Source: a bacterium (GTDB lineage: Bacteria; Zhuqueibacterota; Zhuqueibacteria; Zhuqueibacterales; Zhuqueibacteraceae). From it: 64,000 nt of DNA. Shown one piece after another: positions 37,491-47,343 of the stretch; position 1 is the first letter of the stretch; every line of letters begins with the position of its first letter. A program made the position numbers and the translations under genes. Location: assembly GCA_044869275.1 (NCBI GenBank), contig JBIOXB010000217.1, positions 10,095 through 74,094 of the forward strand. The letters are read 5' to 3'. The notes below the pieces were generated by a model. The model did not search any database and had not been told where the DNA came from. It saw only the letters and a list, made by a program, of their open reading frames with translations.

Positions 37491-38221
37491 CGTCTCACCA
37501 TGCTTAAATAATAATGACGACGCCAAGGACTCATCGTCAAGATATCCGCTTCGCGCCAGCCATAGGCAGAAGCCAGCACATGCACCTCGTGCAGCAGGCG
37601 TTGCGCCCATGTCTGAATCTCAAGCCAGAGAAAGGATACGATGTCAAAGCTCGCGCGCCAACGATGATCGCACGACACGCAGGCCACCTCGAGTTGCACA
37701 TCGGCCTGGGGATCCTGCTGCGCCATTTTAGCCACTACCGCGTCCACCACCTGCGCGGGCAACTCTGCCGGAGACTTTTCCTCGCCGCACCAGTGCGTTC
37801 GCAAGAGACAGCGCTGCAGCAAAATCTCGCGACTCGCTGGCCTCTCCTCGAGTTCTGCAAGAGCTTGCAGGTCGTTGCTGTTGGGCAGACGAAACAACAG
37901 TTCATAGCCTTCGAGGCGCAATTCGCAAAGCTCGTCATTGCCCGTCGTTGGCGTGAGCAGGAGATCGGTGGTATTAAAAGTGATCTCCAAACGCGCGCTG
38001 CAAGCGGGGCAGGTGGCCATACTGGCCATTTGCGGCCCGAACAGCCGTTCGCGCAGCCTGAGCAATTGGGCGTCCCGTTGGCCGATGCTGAGCCGGGCGA
38101 GCTCTGCCAAATCTGCTTCCGGCTGAGCGATCGCCAGCAAGGCCAGGCCGCGCTGCACCATGTTTTGCGTTTGCCCTCGTTCCCAAACGCGCAATAGCTC
38201 CGGCGTGGAAAGCGTGCGCAT
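37487..38221 (-). CDS. T4 gp26-like baseplate hub/tube assembly chaperone with DUF6760-like C-terminus
   Basis: CPAC and CVSC pairs, FRLP, EVHVLASAYGWREADIL.M. Confidence 0.75.
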   Translation of the reverse strand: MRTLSTPELLRVWERGQTQNMVQRGLALLAIAQPEADLAELARLSIGQRDAQLLRLRERLFGPQMASMATCPACSARLEITFNTTDLLLTPTTGNDELCELRLEGYELLFRLPNSNDLQALAELEERPASREILLQRCLLRTHWCGEEKSPAELPAQVVDAVVAKMAQQDPQADVQLEVACVSCDHRWRASFDIVSFLWLEIQTWAQRLLHEVHVLASAYGWREADILTMSPWRRHYYLSMVRR

Positions 38222-38227
38222 TCACTC

Positions 38228-38755
38228 TCATCCTGCCGGCTCGGTGAACGTCGGCTCGGTGGGCTCGGCCACTTCGAGGTCGCGCTCCCAACCCTCGTTC
38301 TCCAGTTTGAGCATTTGAATCGCGACGGCGTTGGCATTGGCGTCGAGATCCGGCATGGCTTGAAACTCCGACACCCAGCAGCGAAACACTTTGTAAGCGA
38401 TCACCACTTGCCCGGCTTCGTTGTACATTTCAATAATGAGGTCTTTGCGGAAATCCTTGAGCGAAACTTCCGCACCCAGGCCGGAACCGAAATTCCACAC
38501 CTTATTCGCCCATTTTTCAAACTCGATGTCGTGCGTGACTCCGCGTTCGAGCGTGACCGGCTCATACTTGGTGCGGCCGGGCGACTTGCGGCTGAGGCTG
38601 GGATCGCCGCCCTCGCGATGTTCGACCACCTCGGTGGTGCGCTTCAGCGCGCTGATCTTGCTCACGCCGGCGACGTATTTGCCATCCCACTTGACCCGAA
38701 ATTTGAAATTCTTGTACGGATCGAAGCGCTGTGCATTGACGGTGAATTGAGCCAT
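38228..38755 (-). CDS. tail tube protein (T4 gp19-like)
   Basis: DPYKNFKFRV, HREGG, PGRTKYEPVTLERG, ANAVAIQMLKL. Confidence 0.95.
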   Translation of the reverse strand: MAQFTVNAQRFDPYKNFKFRVKWDGKYVAGVSKISALKRTTEVVEHREGGDPSLSRKSPGRTKYEPVTLERGVTHDIEFEKWANKVWNFGSGLGAEVSLKDFRKDLIIEMYNEAGQVVIAYKVFRCWVSEFQAMPDLDANANAVAIQMLKLENEGWERDLEVAEPTEPTFTEPAG

Positions 38756-38833
38756 AGGGTATCATCCCGTGTTGATTGCAGTTAGAAATTGGTTAATTGT
38801 TTCCCACCTTTGGCCGTTGCGATTTGCCTTTCA

Positions 38834-40522
38834 CTAAGCTTCAATCTGACCCGCCATTTGTTGAATCTTGATGATCACGAACTCAGCAGGCTTGAGCGGT
38901 GCAAAACCGACGACAATGTTGACGATGCCGAGATTGATGTCGTTCTGCGTCGTGCTCTCCTTGTCGCATTTCACATAATAGGCCTCACGTGGCGAGCGGC
39001 CCTGAAACGCGCCCTGGCGAAACAGATTCTGCATGAAGGCGCCTACATTCAGTCGAATCTGCGCCCATAAGGGCTCATCGTTCGGCTCGAATACCACCCA
39101 CTGCGTGCCGCGGTAGAGGCTCTCTTCGATGAAAAGCGCGGTACGCCGCACCGGAATGTATTTCCATTCCGAAGCGAGGCGGTCATTGCCTTGTAATGTG
39201 CGCGAGCCCCAAACCACGCGACCGGCAGCCGGCATGGTGCGGAGACAATTGATGCCGAGAGGGTTGAGCTCGCCGTTTTCATCGTCAGTAAGGGTGACGC
39301 TGAGCTGAGGCACACCATTCAATGTTGCGTCCAAGCCCGCCGGCGCTTTCCACACGCCGCGTTGCGTATCCGTACGCGCGAAGATGCCGGCCATCGCGCC
39401 GCAGGGAACGAAGTCGTCCACTTGATTGTCGCGCAAGGGGTTGCGCTGACGCAGGCGTGGGAAGAAAAGAGCTGAATTTTTGCTGTTGGTGCCGACGTCA
39501 TCCACGCCGTCCTTGGCATCATCCTTATCATTCCATACGCTGGGAGGATCGACAAGCAACATGGCGCGGCGCTTCTCGCAATAAACCGCGGCCTCGGAGA
39601 TTAACTCACTATCCACGTCTCCACTTGCAAGATAGGGCGGAATACAAAGCAGATTGAAGAGGTCGGCGTGTTCCAAAGCAAACAAGCCTTTCTTTTGACT
39701 TTCAGCATTAACCGGAGTAAAGTCAGCTGCTTTTGTCAGCGCTATTCCATTCGAAACCGCAACAGCACGTGCTTGTTTAGCAGCCGCAATTTCATCCTCC
39801 TTCGCTGTGATCGCAGTCGGGTTTTTCGGAACGGCGCGCTTGAGCACAGCCAACTCCTTTTCCAGAGTGGTCACATTGTCGCTTTTGGTGCCATCTGCGT
39901 CCATAGCTGGAATAGCAGGTGGTGTTGCAGGGTAGGCGCCATCCCAAATGACTAGTCTGGACTCTTCCTTCAAAACCTTGTCGATCCGTCGCGGGCTGTC
40001 TTTGGTTGAGAGATTGAGAAAGCGCTCGATGACGCCCGAAGGGCCGGCATCGCGAACGGTGAGATTGAAAATATCCGCCTGCGTCAATCCCATGCGCTCC
40101 GCGAGCTCTTTCGAAACATCATTATCAATTGTCGCGCGAAGATGCATGCCCCATCTACCTTTGTAAGTCGCTTCCATCGCAATCGTGCCGATGGCCAACT
40201 TACTCTTTGAGGCTATGGGGAGAACCGGTGGGGTCACGTTGGGATCTCCCGGATCGTCGTGAAACAGGCGAACCACGATGCCCTGGCTGCCGCCATTGAG
40301 ATAAAAATCCCGGACGGCATAACCAAGCGAACTATCAACCCATAGCCCGCCAAAGATGCGTTCGAAATCGCCATAGCTATTGATCGTGACGGCTGTGTCT
40401 GTGGGCCCGCGCAACGCTCGGCCAATAAACGCTGTTATCGACGTCGCCACGCCGGTGATGGTACGCACCCCGCTGGGAATCTCTTCAATGTAAACACCCG
40501 GATAAGTTGGATTGACTGGCAT
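38834..40522 (-). CDS. contractile tail sheath protein
   Basis: YPGVYIEE, RGVWKAPAG, VVWGSRT, WVVFEPND, GFAPLKPAEF; ATG 40522 with GGAGG RBS. Confidence 0.97.
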   Translation of the reverse strand: MPVNPTYPGVYIEEIPSGVRTITGVATSITAFIGRALRGPTDTAVTINSYGDFERIFGGLWVDSSLGYAVRDFYLNGGSQGIVVRLFHDDPGDPNVTPPVLPIASKSKLAIGTIAMEATYKGRWGMHLRATIDNDVSKELAERMGLTQADIFNLTVRDAGPSGVIERFLNLSTKDSPRRIDKVLKEESRLVIWDGAYPATPPAIPAMDADGTKSDNVTTLEKELAVLKRAVPKNPTAITAKEDEIAAAKQARAVAVSNGIALTKAADFTPVNAESQKKGLFALEHADLFNLLCIPPYLASGDVDSELISEAAVYCEKRRAMLLVDPPSVWNDKDDAKDGVDDVGTNSKNSALFFPRLRQRNPLRDNQVDDFVPCGAMAGIFARTDTQRGVWKAPAGLDATLNGVPQLSVTLTDDENGELNPLGINCLRTMPAAGRVVWGSRTLQGNDRLASEWKYIPVRRTALFIEESLYRGTQWVVFEPNDEPLWAQIRLNVGAFMQNLFRQGAFQGRSPREAYYVKCDKESTTQNDINLGIVNIVVGFAPLKPAEFVIIKIQQMAGQIEA

Positions 40523-40556
40523 AAAAAATCCTCCATTCAAAACACGGTTTCAATTT

Positions 40557-40844
40557 TTATTTGCGTTGATTGCGGCGCCGCAAGTGCTTCAAAATTTTCT
40601 CGATTTGTTCCTGCACAACGGATTCTGCCACCGTTTGAGCCAGGCAATAGATCCGGCCTCGTTTCTCCATCACGCCCGCTGCAATGAGCAGCAAGAGTGC
40701 ACGTTCGACGACTTCTTCCGATTCTCCCACCCACCACTGGGCAATACCGTGCGTACTATCCTTGGCTTGGGGATGATCACGGAGGTAACCCAAAATCGCG
40801 GCCGCCACCCGTTTGATGCGATGATTGTCCGAAGTCCTTTTCAA
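40557..40844 (-). CDS. small winged-helix-like protein
   Basis: AILGYLRDHPQAKDSTHGIAQWW...VERALLLLIAAGVMEK helix-helix-wing pattern. Confidence 0.65.
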   Translation of the reverse strand: MKRTSDNHRIKRVAAAILGYLRDHPQAKDSTHGIAQWWVGESEEVVERALLLLIAAGVMEKRGRIYCLAQTVAESVVQEQIEKILKHLRRRNQRK

Positions 40845-40957
40845 AACCGGAAGAGACGAAAAATGTCATGACTGGTTTTGCAGTGACGTTTTGGTGTTAC
40901 GGCGATCATGCTTGATCCAAGGACCAGCTCATTTATGAGCGCGACCAAGAATGCCAT

Positions 40958-40973
40958 TGCAGGAATTGCGCCA
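40958..40973 (-). promoter_or_regulatory. sigma54 -24/-12 promoter of the eCIS operon
   Basis: Minus strand TGGCGCAATTCCTGCA = GG-N10-GC, about 115 nt upstream of the first operon gene. Confidence 0.65.
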
Positions 40974-41119
40974 TGAAGAAGCAGAATCACGGGCTGCGTT
41001 AAGCAGTTGAGTTTCTTGGGAGGTCGAGCCGGCGTGCTCAGCGCATTGTATAAGAAGATGGGGTTCCAACGTATCAGCGGATCAGGCGCGTGGAAAAACA
41101 CGCGAAGGTGGGAGGTGCG

Positions 41120-41161
41120 CAGAGTGGGGCTCAAAACCCCACTCTGGGTGTTTCCGCCCCA
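41120..41161. promoter_or_regulatory. tandem palindromes TGGG-N9-CCCA, candidate enhancer (UAS)
   Basis: 41125-41141 and 41145-41161, 20 bp apart; the first extends to a perfect 10-bp inverted repeat (41120-41146). Confidence 0.55.
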
Positions 41162-41186
41162 GTAGTGTGGAATGTGGAAGAATGCT

Positions 41187-42548
41187 TCAACTAGGCTGGC
41201 GATAATGCAGAGGATTCATGCCGTGCTTCCTGAGCAACAGCCGCAGATTTTTGCGATCGACCGCGGCCACGCGTGCCGCGGCACTGAGATTGCCTTTGGT
41301 TTCAACCATGAGGTCGGTCAGATAAATCCGCTCACAGCGTGTTACGGCTTCCTGGCGAATTTGCTTCAAAGTCGAGAGGCGGGCTGAGGTACGAGGCGCG
41401 CGAGGTGCGAAATCGTGAGCGCCCGCGAGCACATCCGCAACCCAAACTTGCACTTTATTCTCCAGCTCGCGAACATTCCCGGGCCAGTCGTAAGTCACCC
41501 AGTCTTGCATGATCTCGTCTGGCAAATGAGTGGCCGAGGACGCGCTCCCGCCGTGGCGTGACAAAAAACAACGCACCAAAGCCGGAATATCCGCCCTTCT
41601 CTCGCGCAAGGGCGGAACCAGCAGCGGAATGACATTCAAGCGATAATAGAGATCAGCACGGAAATTCTTCTGCTCTACCGCTTCGGCCAAATTCAAGTTT
41701 GTGGCTGCCAAAACGCGCACTTCCGCAGACAGATATTTCGAATGGCCCAGCGGACGATATTGCCGGTCCTGCAAAAAGCGTAGAAACTTGGCCTGCACGG
41801 CGAGCGGCAGGGCCTCCACCTCATCCAAAAACAATGTTCCACCACCGGCTTCCTGAATCAAGCCGCGGGAAGAAGAAGCCGCATCGGTATAAGCGCCGCG
41901 CACATGGCCAAAGAGCTCGTTTTCCACCAAATGCTCGGGAATGGCGCCACAATCGACCGTCACGAACGGCTGTCCGGCACGCGGGCCCAAATAATGAATT
42001 GCGCGCGCAATCAGCTCCTTGCCGACCCCCGTCTCTCCGGTGATGAGCACGGTCGAAGAGGAGTTCCCCAATTTCGGCAATTGCTGCATGATGAATCGCA
42101 TGGGCTTGCTCTTGGCCACGATCTGGCATTCGCCCATTTGTTGGCGCAGCGTCTCTTGCAAAGTGGCGATACGATCAAGCGTGTTGATGCAATGCGAAAT
42201 CTGTTCGATCAAATGGCAAGTAAACGCTTCATTTCCCGGTCGTCGCATGACTTCGTCGACACGATGCGACAGGAGCCCGGCAACTGCTTCCCAACTTTCT
42301 TCCGGAACTACCGAAATAATCAATGCCTCCGGATAATGACATCTGAGCCCGTCAACCCAATGACGCACAGAACTGAGAGTGCTGGGATATTCTATGATGA
42401 ATAGTGTTGGTTTGAAATGTTCGGGAGCGAGGAGTTTTTGCTCAGGGTCGGAAAGAGAGAAAACAGTGCATTGCGTTACTTCGCACAGAGCACGGCCAAT
42501 GCTTTTCATCAAGCCGTCGTCGTTTGCCACAAAGCCAACTTGACACAT
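41187..42548 (-). CDS. sigma54-dependent enhancer-binding protein with degenerate receiver domain
   Basis: GETGVGKE, ENELFGH, GAYTDA loop, GTLFLDE, FRADLYYRL, WPGNVREL, C-terminal Fis-type HTH; start placed at ATG 42548 (ORF track extends to 42680). Confidence 0.92.
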   Translation of the reverse strand: MCQVGFVANDDGLMKSIGRALCEVTQCTVFSLSDPEQKLLAPEHFKPTLFIIEYPSTLSSVRHWVDGLRCHYPEALIISVVPEESWEAVAGLLSHRVDEVMRRPGNEAFTCHLIEQISHCINTLDRIATLQETLRQQMGECQIVAKSKPMRFIMQQLPKLGNSSSTVLITGETGVGKELIARAIHYLGPRAGQPFVTVDCGAIPEHLVENELFGHVRGAYTDAASSSRGLIQEAGGGTLFLDEVEALPLAVQAKFLRFLQDRQYRPLGHSKYLSAEVRVLAATNLNLAEAVEQKNFRADLYYRLNVIPLLVPPLRERRADIPALVRCFLSRHGGSASSATHLPDEIMQDWVTYDWPGNVRELENKVQVWVADVLAGAHDFAPRAPRTSARLSTLKQIRQEAVTRCERIYLTDLMVETKGNLSAAARVAAVDRKNLRLLLRKHGMNPLHYRQPS

Positions 42549-42835
42549 GTCCTGTCCCCTAAAAACAAGGTCCCATAAATCTGAGATGCGCATCCTGCAA
42601 ATCGAACAGCCGTCGCGAAACGACGAAAAGAATTCACAGAAACTGGATGCTTGAGCAACTGGGAGAAGAATTGCGCCCACGCTATTTCAAAGAGTACGCG
42701 GGCGTATCCCAGTTGGCCTATTGCCCGTCACGTACTTTGTGCTGATTGTGGTGTCGCCCAAGGTGGTCCCCGGAATGGATACGTATCAATCATTCGTTAG
42801 GTGAAACTACAAAATGCCTCTATTTTGCGCAAGAG

Positions 42836-42879
42836 TTTTTAGAGGTTTGTTGAGTCATTCGCCAACAAACATCTAAAAA
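42836..42879. repeat. 17-bp inverted repeat upstream of the activator
   Basis: TTTTTAGAGGTTTGTTG-N10-CAACAAACATCTAAAAA, one mismatch. Confidence 0.75.
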
Positions 42880-43406
42880 ATCTTGCGGCAGCAACAATCT
42901 TGTTACAATCACGACATATCCGACGCAACGATTCCCCCAGTCCATAGGCTCCCGCGAACTCGACGAACGTGTCCGAGCTCTCCGAACCCAGCAACAGGTT
43001 TGGTGCATTTCTCGTTCCCCATTTGTCTTTGCGGGCGATACCAAATACTACAACGTTAGGTTCACATCCTTGCACTAAAAACTGCACTGTCATCCTGATG
43101 CTTCGCGATGACAAGCCTAGTGATGGCGTTGACTTAACGTTGTAGAACTAATCTCAATCGCATTGCAGGTTTATTCAGAAGGATCCCCGTTTCGTCAAGC
43201 TCTACCGGCGTTGAGCTGATTTTGCGTACGAATTTTAACCGTTCGATCACAAATATTTTGCAGGCCACCCTTGGCGATTGACAACCCTCACACCTCTGCA
43301 CACCCCTTTTCCCTTGCGGTTTTAGGTGTCCCTTCCTATATTATTTGTGTTCTTACCTATCCGTTGTGCGCTTGGCTGGACAACATTCCTTCATTATATT
43401 ATCATC

Positions 43407-44648
43407 ATGGCAAGATTCACCCTCATCATCGTTGCATTGCTTTTCGTTTTGACGGTCTTTTTTCTCGCCTTCGGCCGCGCCGAACGTGATCCCAACGATC
43501 TCGTGATTTGGACGCAGGATTTGCCCGCGGGCCGCGTGGTGTTGGACACATTGTTGGCGCGTTTCCAAAGACAGAACCCCGGGATTCACGCCAGCGAGAT
43601 TTATTACGAGACCGAAGAGCTGCGCAGCAATTTCATCGTCGCGGCGCAAGGCGGCAGCGGGCCAGATTTGGTTTATGGCCCGGCGGATATGGTGGGGGTG
43701 TTGCACGTGATGGGCATCATTCAGCCGTTGCAGGCGTTCTTTTCTGCGCAAGCATTGGCCCAGTTCGATCCCATGGCGCGTGTACAATACAAGGGAAATT
43801 TGTATTTGCTCGCCGACCGCGTGGGCAATCATCTCACTTTGGTCTATAACAAAAAATTCGTGCCGCATCCCCCGCGCACCACGGCGGAATTGATCGAGAT
43901 GGGGCGGCGGCTCAGCAAAGATACCGACGGCGACGGCAACATCGATCAATATGCTTTGGTGTGGAATTTCATTGAACCGTTTTTCTTTATTCCTTTCATC
44001 GGTGGATACGGCGGCTGGGTGATGGACGATCATGCGCGCCCGACGCTCAATTCGCCCGCCATCATAGAAGCGTCGAAATTCATTGTGCGCTTACGCAAAG
44101 AGAAAATCGTGCCCTACGAGTGCGATCTCAATCTCGCCAATCAACTCTTCAAACAAAGCAACGCCGCGATGGTGATCAACGGGCCGTGGAGTTGGGGCGG
44201 TTATCTCGACGCCGGCATCGACATCGGTGTGACGCGCATTCCCATGGTTTCCGAAACCGGCCTGTGGCCCGCTCCCATGGTTTCCGCCACCGGCTATTGC
44301 TTGAATGTCAACGTTCAAGGCGAACGCCGTGAGCGCGTACTCAAACTGCTGCGCTTTTTGACTGCGCCGGAAAATCAATTGGAATATACCCGCGCGTTGC
44401 GCGCCATTCCTTCGAACTTGGAGGCGCGCAAAGATTCGATGTTCGTGCAGGATCCCATCCTGCTCGGCTCGCAAGATCAAATCACCGTGGGCCGGCCTAT
44501 GCCCATCGATCCCGAAATGCGCGCCATTTGGGACGCGATGCGGCCGGCGTATCAAAGCATCTTGAACGGCCAGCTTACGCCCGAGCAGGCGACAAAAAAA
44601 ATGCAAGCCGAAGCCACCAAGCTGATCGCGGAGATGTTCGAGCAGTAG
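43407..44648 (+). CDS. maltose/maltodextrin-type ABC transporter substrate-binding protein
   Basis: GPDL, LVYNK, AAMVINGPW, PMP..PEM.AIW; N-terminal hydrophobic signal/anchor. Confidence 0.88.
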   Translation: MARFTLIIVALLFVLTVFFLAFGRAERDPNDLVIWTQDLPAGRVVLDTLLARFQRQNPGIHASEIYYETEELRSNFIVAAQGGSGPDLVYGPADMVGVLHVMGIIQPLQAFFSAQALAQFDPMARVQYKGNLYLLADRVGNHLTLVYNKKFVPHPPRTTAELIEMGRRLSKDTDGDGNIDQYALVWNFIEPFFFIPFIGGYGGWVMDDHARPTLNSPAIIEASKFIVRLRKEKIVPYECDLNLANQLFKQSNAAMVINGPWSWGGYLDAGIDIGVTRIPMVSETGLWPAPMVSATGYCLNVNVQGERRERVLKLLRFLTAPENQLEYTRALRAIPSNLEARKDSMFVQDPILLGSQDQITVGRPMPIDPEMRAIWDAMRPAYQSILNGQLTPEQATKKMQAEATKLIAEMFEQ

Positions 44649-44668
44649 TTCGCTCTCGTTTGGACATT

Positions 44669-44715
44669 CTCGTTCCCACGGTCCCCGTGGGAACGCATTC
44701 TTGACGCTCTGCGTC
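44669..44715. repeat. REP-like palindrome
   Basis: CGTTCCCACGG-TCC-CCGTGGGAACG (perfect 11-bp stem) followed by the GACGC-TCT-GCGTC hairpin. Confidence 0.75.
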
Positions 44716-44737
44716 CTCGGCGGAGGAGAAAAAAAAC

Positions 44738-46543
44738 TTGCCCTACCCGAAAGCGCTGGGATTGCTGCTGCTTTTCGCCTGCAGCCGGCCGCAGCCGCAG
44801 CTTGAGACGGCAGGTCCACACTGGGCCAAGGGCGCGGTGTGGTATCAGATCTTTCCCGAACGCTTTTGCAACGGTGATACCACCAACGATCCCACGGCAG
44901 CCGACGCCAGTCTCGAAAACTATCCGGGTTGGAAAATTTCTCCCTGGACTTCCAACTGGTACGAATTGCAGCCTTGGGAAAAAGGGCGCCACTCCAAATT
45001 CTATGATGTCGTTTTCAGCCGGCGCTACGGCGGCGACCTGCAAGGCATGATTGGCCGCCTCGATTATCTCGCCACGCTGCACGTCACCGCGATCTACCTC
45101 AATCCGATTTTTGATGCGCGCAGCATGCACAAATACGACGCGGCGACGTATCATCACCTCGATCACAATTTCGGCCCCGATCCTGCTGGCGATCGCCAGC
45201 GCATTGCCGGCGAAACGGAGGATCCCAAAACTTGGAAATGGACAAGAGCCGATAGCCTATTTTTACATTTCATCGAAGCAGCCCATGCCCGTGGCATGCG
45301 CGTCATTCTCGACGGCGTGTTCAATCACGTCGGCCGCGATTTTTGGGCTTTTCGTGACGTGCTGCAAAAAGGCCGGGCTTCGCCTTACGTGAATTGGTTC
45401 GTCATTCGCGCCTGGGATGATCCCGGCACGCCTGAGGACGAATTCGATTATCAAGGCTTTTGGGATTTGCGCAGCATGCCGGTTTTCCGCGAGGATGAAC
45501 AAGGTGTGGTGCACGGCCCGCGCGAATATCTTTTTGCGATCACCAAACGCTGGATGGATCCCAACGGCGACGGCGACCCGGGCGACGGCGTAGATGGCTG
45601 GCGGCTCGATGCACTTTCGGAAATGAACAAAGACGGATTCTGGGTGGATTGGTGCCGGTGGGTTCGGGAAATCAATCCACAAGCCTACACCGTGGGCGAA
45701 GTTTGGGGGCGGGCGGAGGAGTGGCTTGCCGGCGGCCGCTTCGATGCCGTGATGAACTATCCCGTGGCCTACGCCATGCGCAATTTTTTCATCGGCGGCG
45801 AAGAACGCTGGCAGGCCACCAGGTTCGATGCCGAGCTCAAAAAAATTCGCGACCACTATCCCGCTGCCACCACTCAGGTCATGCAAATCTTGATCGACAG
45901 CCATGACACCGATCGCGTGGGCAGCATGATCAAGAACGACGGCAGCCGCGGTTATGATCAAAATGCGAGTCCGCGCGACAACCCGGAATACGATCCCACC
46001 AAACCCACGGCTGACGATTTTCGCACGCAAAGGATGATTATCGCGTTTCAAGCCACTTACGCCGGTGCGCCCATGATCTATTATGGCGCCGAGGCCGGCA
46101 TGTGGGGCGGCGACGATCCCGATTGCCGCAAACCCATGGTCTGGCCGGAATTGCAATATCAACCAGAAACTTATGCCTCCATCTCGCGCTACAGCGATCG
46201 CGATTCGGTTTTCTTTGATCAGGCTTTATTCGCACATTATCAAAAGCTGCTCCAATTGCGCCAGCAGCACCCGGCTCTGCGTCAGGGCGATTTCGTGACG
46301 CTGCTGACGGACGACACCAATGGTATTTATGCCTTTCGCCGACAGCATGAAAAGGATGTGGTGATTGCCGTCTTCAATATCGGCACGGCCGAGCGTTCTC
46401 TGGCCCTGCCCCTCCCACCTCCTGCGAAGCAAAACTGGCGCGAAATCTCGAGCGGACAGCAGTGCACGGCGCCAGGACAAGAATTGGCGATGGTCATTCC
46501 GCCGCGCACCGCGCAAGTCTGGACGGAGACCGTGGGAGAATGA
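44738..46543 (+). CDS. GH13 alpha-amylase family glycosidase (neopullulanase/cyclomaltodextrinase-like), predicted lipoprotein
   Basis: YQIFPERF, GGDLQG, DGVFNH, DGWRLD, GEVW, SHD, G.PMIYYG.E; LLFAC lipobox. Confidence 0.92.
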   Translation: MPYPKALGLLLLFACSRPQPQLETAGPHWAKGAVWYQIFPERFCNGDTTNDPTAADASLENYPGWKISPWTSNWYELQPWEKGRHSKFYDVVFSRRYGGDLQGMIGRLDYLATLHVTAIYLNPIFDARSMHKYDAATYHHLDHNFGPDPAGDRQRIAGETEDPKTWKWTRADSLFLHFIEAAHARGMRVILDGVFNHVGRDFWAFRDVLQKGRASPYVNWFVIRAWDDPGTPEDEFDYQGFWDLRSMPVFREDEQGVVHGPREYLFAITKRWMDPNGDGDPGDGVDGWRLDALSEMNKDGFWVDWCRWVREINPQAYTVGEVWGRAEEWLAGGRFDAVMNYPVAYAMRNFFIGGEERWQATRFDAELKKIRDHYPAATTQVMQILIDSHDTDRVGSMIKNDGSRGYDQNASPRDNPEYDPTKPTADDFRTQRMIIAFQATYAGAPMIYYGAEAGMWGGDDPDCRKPMVWPELQYQPETYASISRYSDRDSVFFDQALFAHYQKLLQLRQQHPALRQGDFVTLLTDDTNGIYAFRRQHEKDVVIAVFNIGTAERSLALPLPPPAKQNWREISSGQQCTAPGQELAMVIPPRTAQVWTETVGE

Positions 46544-47199
46544 AGGCGCGTGCTTTGTCTTTCGGCCCGGCCATTCGCGAGATCCAACGGGCGATTGCGC
46601 CGTTTCGCGCAACCACGATCAGCGAAATCAGTGCTGACAAAGAGCCGTTTCGCATTTTGATTTCCTGCATTATCAGCTTGCGCACCAAAGACGAGGTTAC
46701 CGGCCCCGCCAGCGCGCGTTTGTTTCAAGCCGCGAACACGCCGGAAAAAATGCTTGCGCTGCCCGCGCGAAGCATCGAGAAGCTGATTTTCCCGGCGGGG
46801 TTTTATCGCACCAAGGCCAAAACCATTCGTGAAATCTCTAAAACTCTGCTGGAAAAATATGGCGGCCATGTGCCTGCGTCGCTCGAGGAATTGCTGAAAT
46901 TGAAAGGCGTGGGCCGCAAAACGGCGAATCTGGTCATTACCGTGGCCTACAACCAACCCGGCATTTGTGTCGATACCCATGTGCATCGCATCAGCAACCG
47001 TTTGGGCTGGGTAAAAACGCAAACGCCGGAGCAAACCGAAACGGCGCTGCGTGCTGCTTTGCCTCAGAAATATTGGATTGCAATCAATGATCTGCTGGTG
47101 ACGTTCGGACAGAATCTATGCCGGCCCACCAGCCCGTGGTGTTCGAAATGCACGTTGGCGCGTGATTGTCCGAAAATCGGCGTCGTCCGCAAACGATGA
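46540..47199 (+). CDS. nth: endonuclease III
   Basis: HhH motif L.GVGRKTAN, VDTHV, C-X6-C-X2-C-X5-C Fe-S motif; ATG 46540 overlaps the upstream stop. Confidence 0.93.
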   Translation: MKARALSFGPAIREIQRAIAPFRATTISEISADKEPFRILISCIISLRTKDEVTGPASARLFQAANTPEKMLALPARSIEKLIFPAGFYRTKAKTIREISKTLLEKYGGHVPASLEELLKLKGVGRKTANLVITVAYNQPGICVDTHVHRISNRLGWVKTQTPEQTETALRAALPQKYWIAINDLLVTFGQNLCRPTSPWCSKCTLARDCPKIGVVRKR

Positions 47200-47343
47200 A
47201 GGTACGTGAGGAGAAAGCCGCTTGAACAAAGGGTCCTTGAGATTGATTGCGGGAATTGGAGGCAAGCGGCGGCATGATCATCGGCCTCGCCCCGGAGCAC
47301 TGGGTGCGATCATCAGAACCAAAGCATGAAAGGGAGAATAGCC

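Noticed and set aside
40841..41134. 97-aa ORF between the activator and the winged-helix gene
   Set aside because: Overlaps the predicted promoter and enhancer sites; no protein-like features
6045..42548. Prophage or type VI secretion system
   Set aside because: No capsid, portal, terminase, integrase or replication genes and no TssJLM/ClpV; the DUF4255 + Afp15-type ATPase + DUF4157 set points to eCIS
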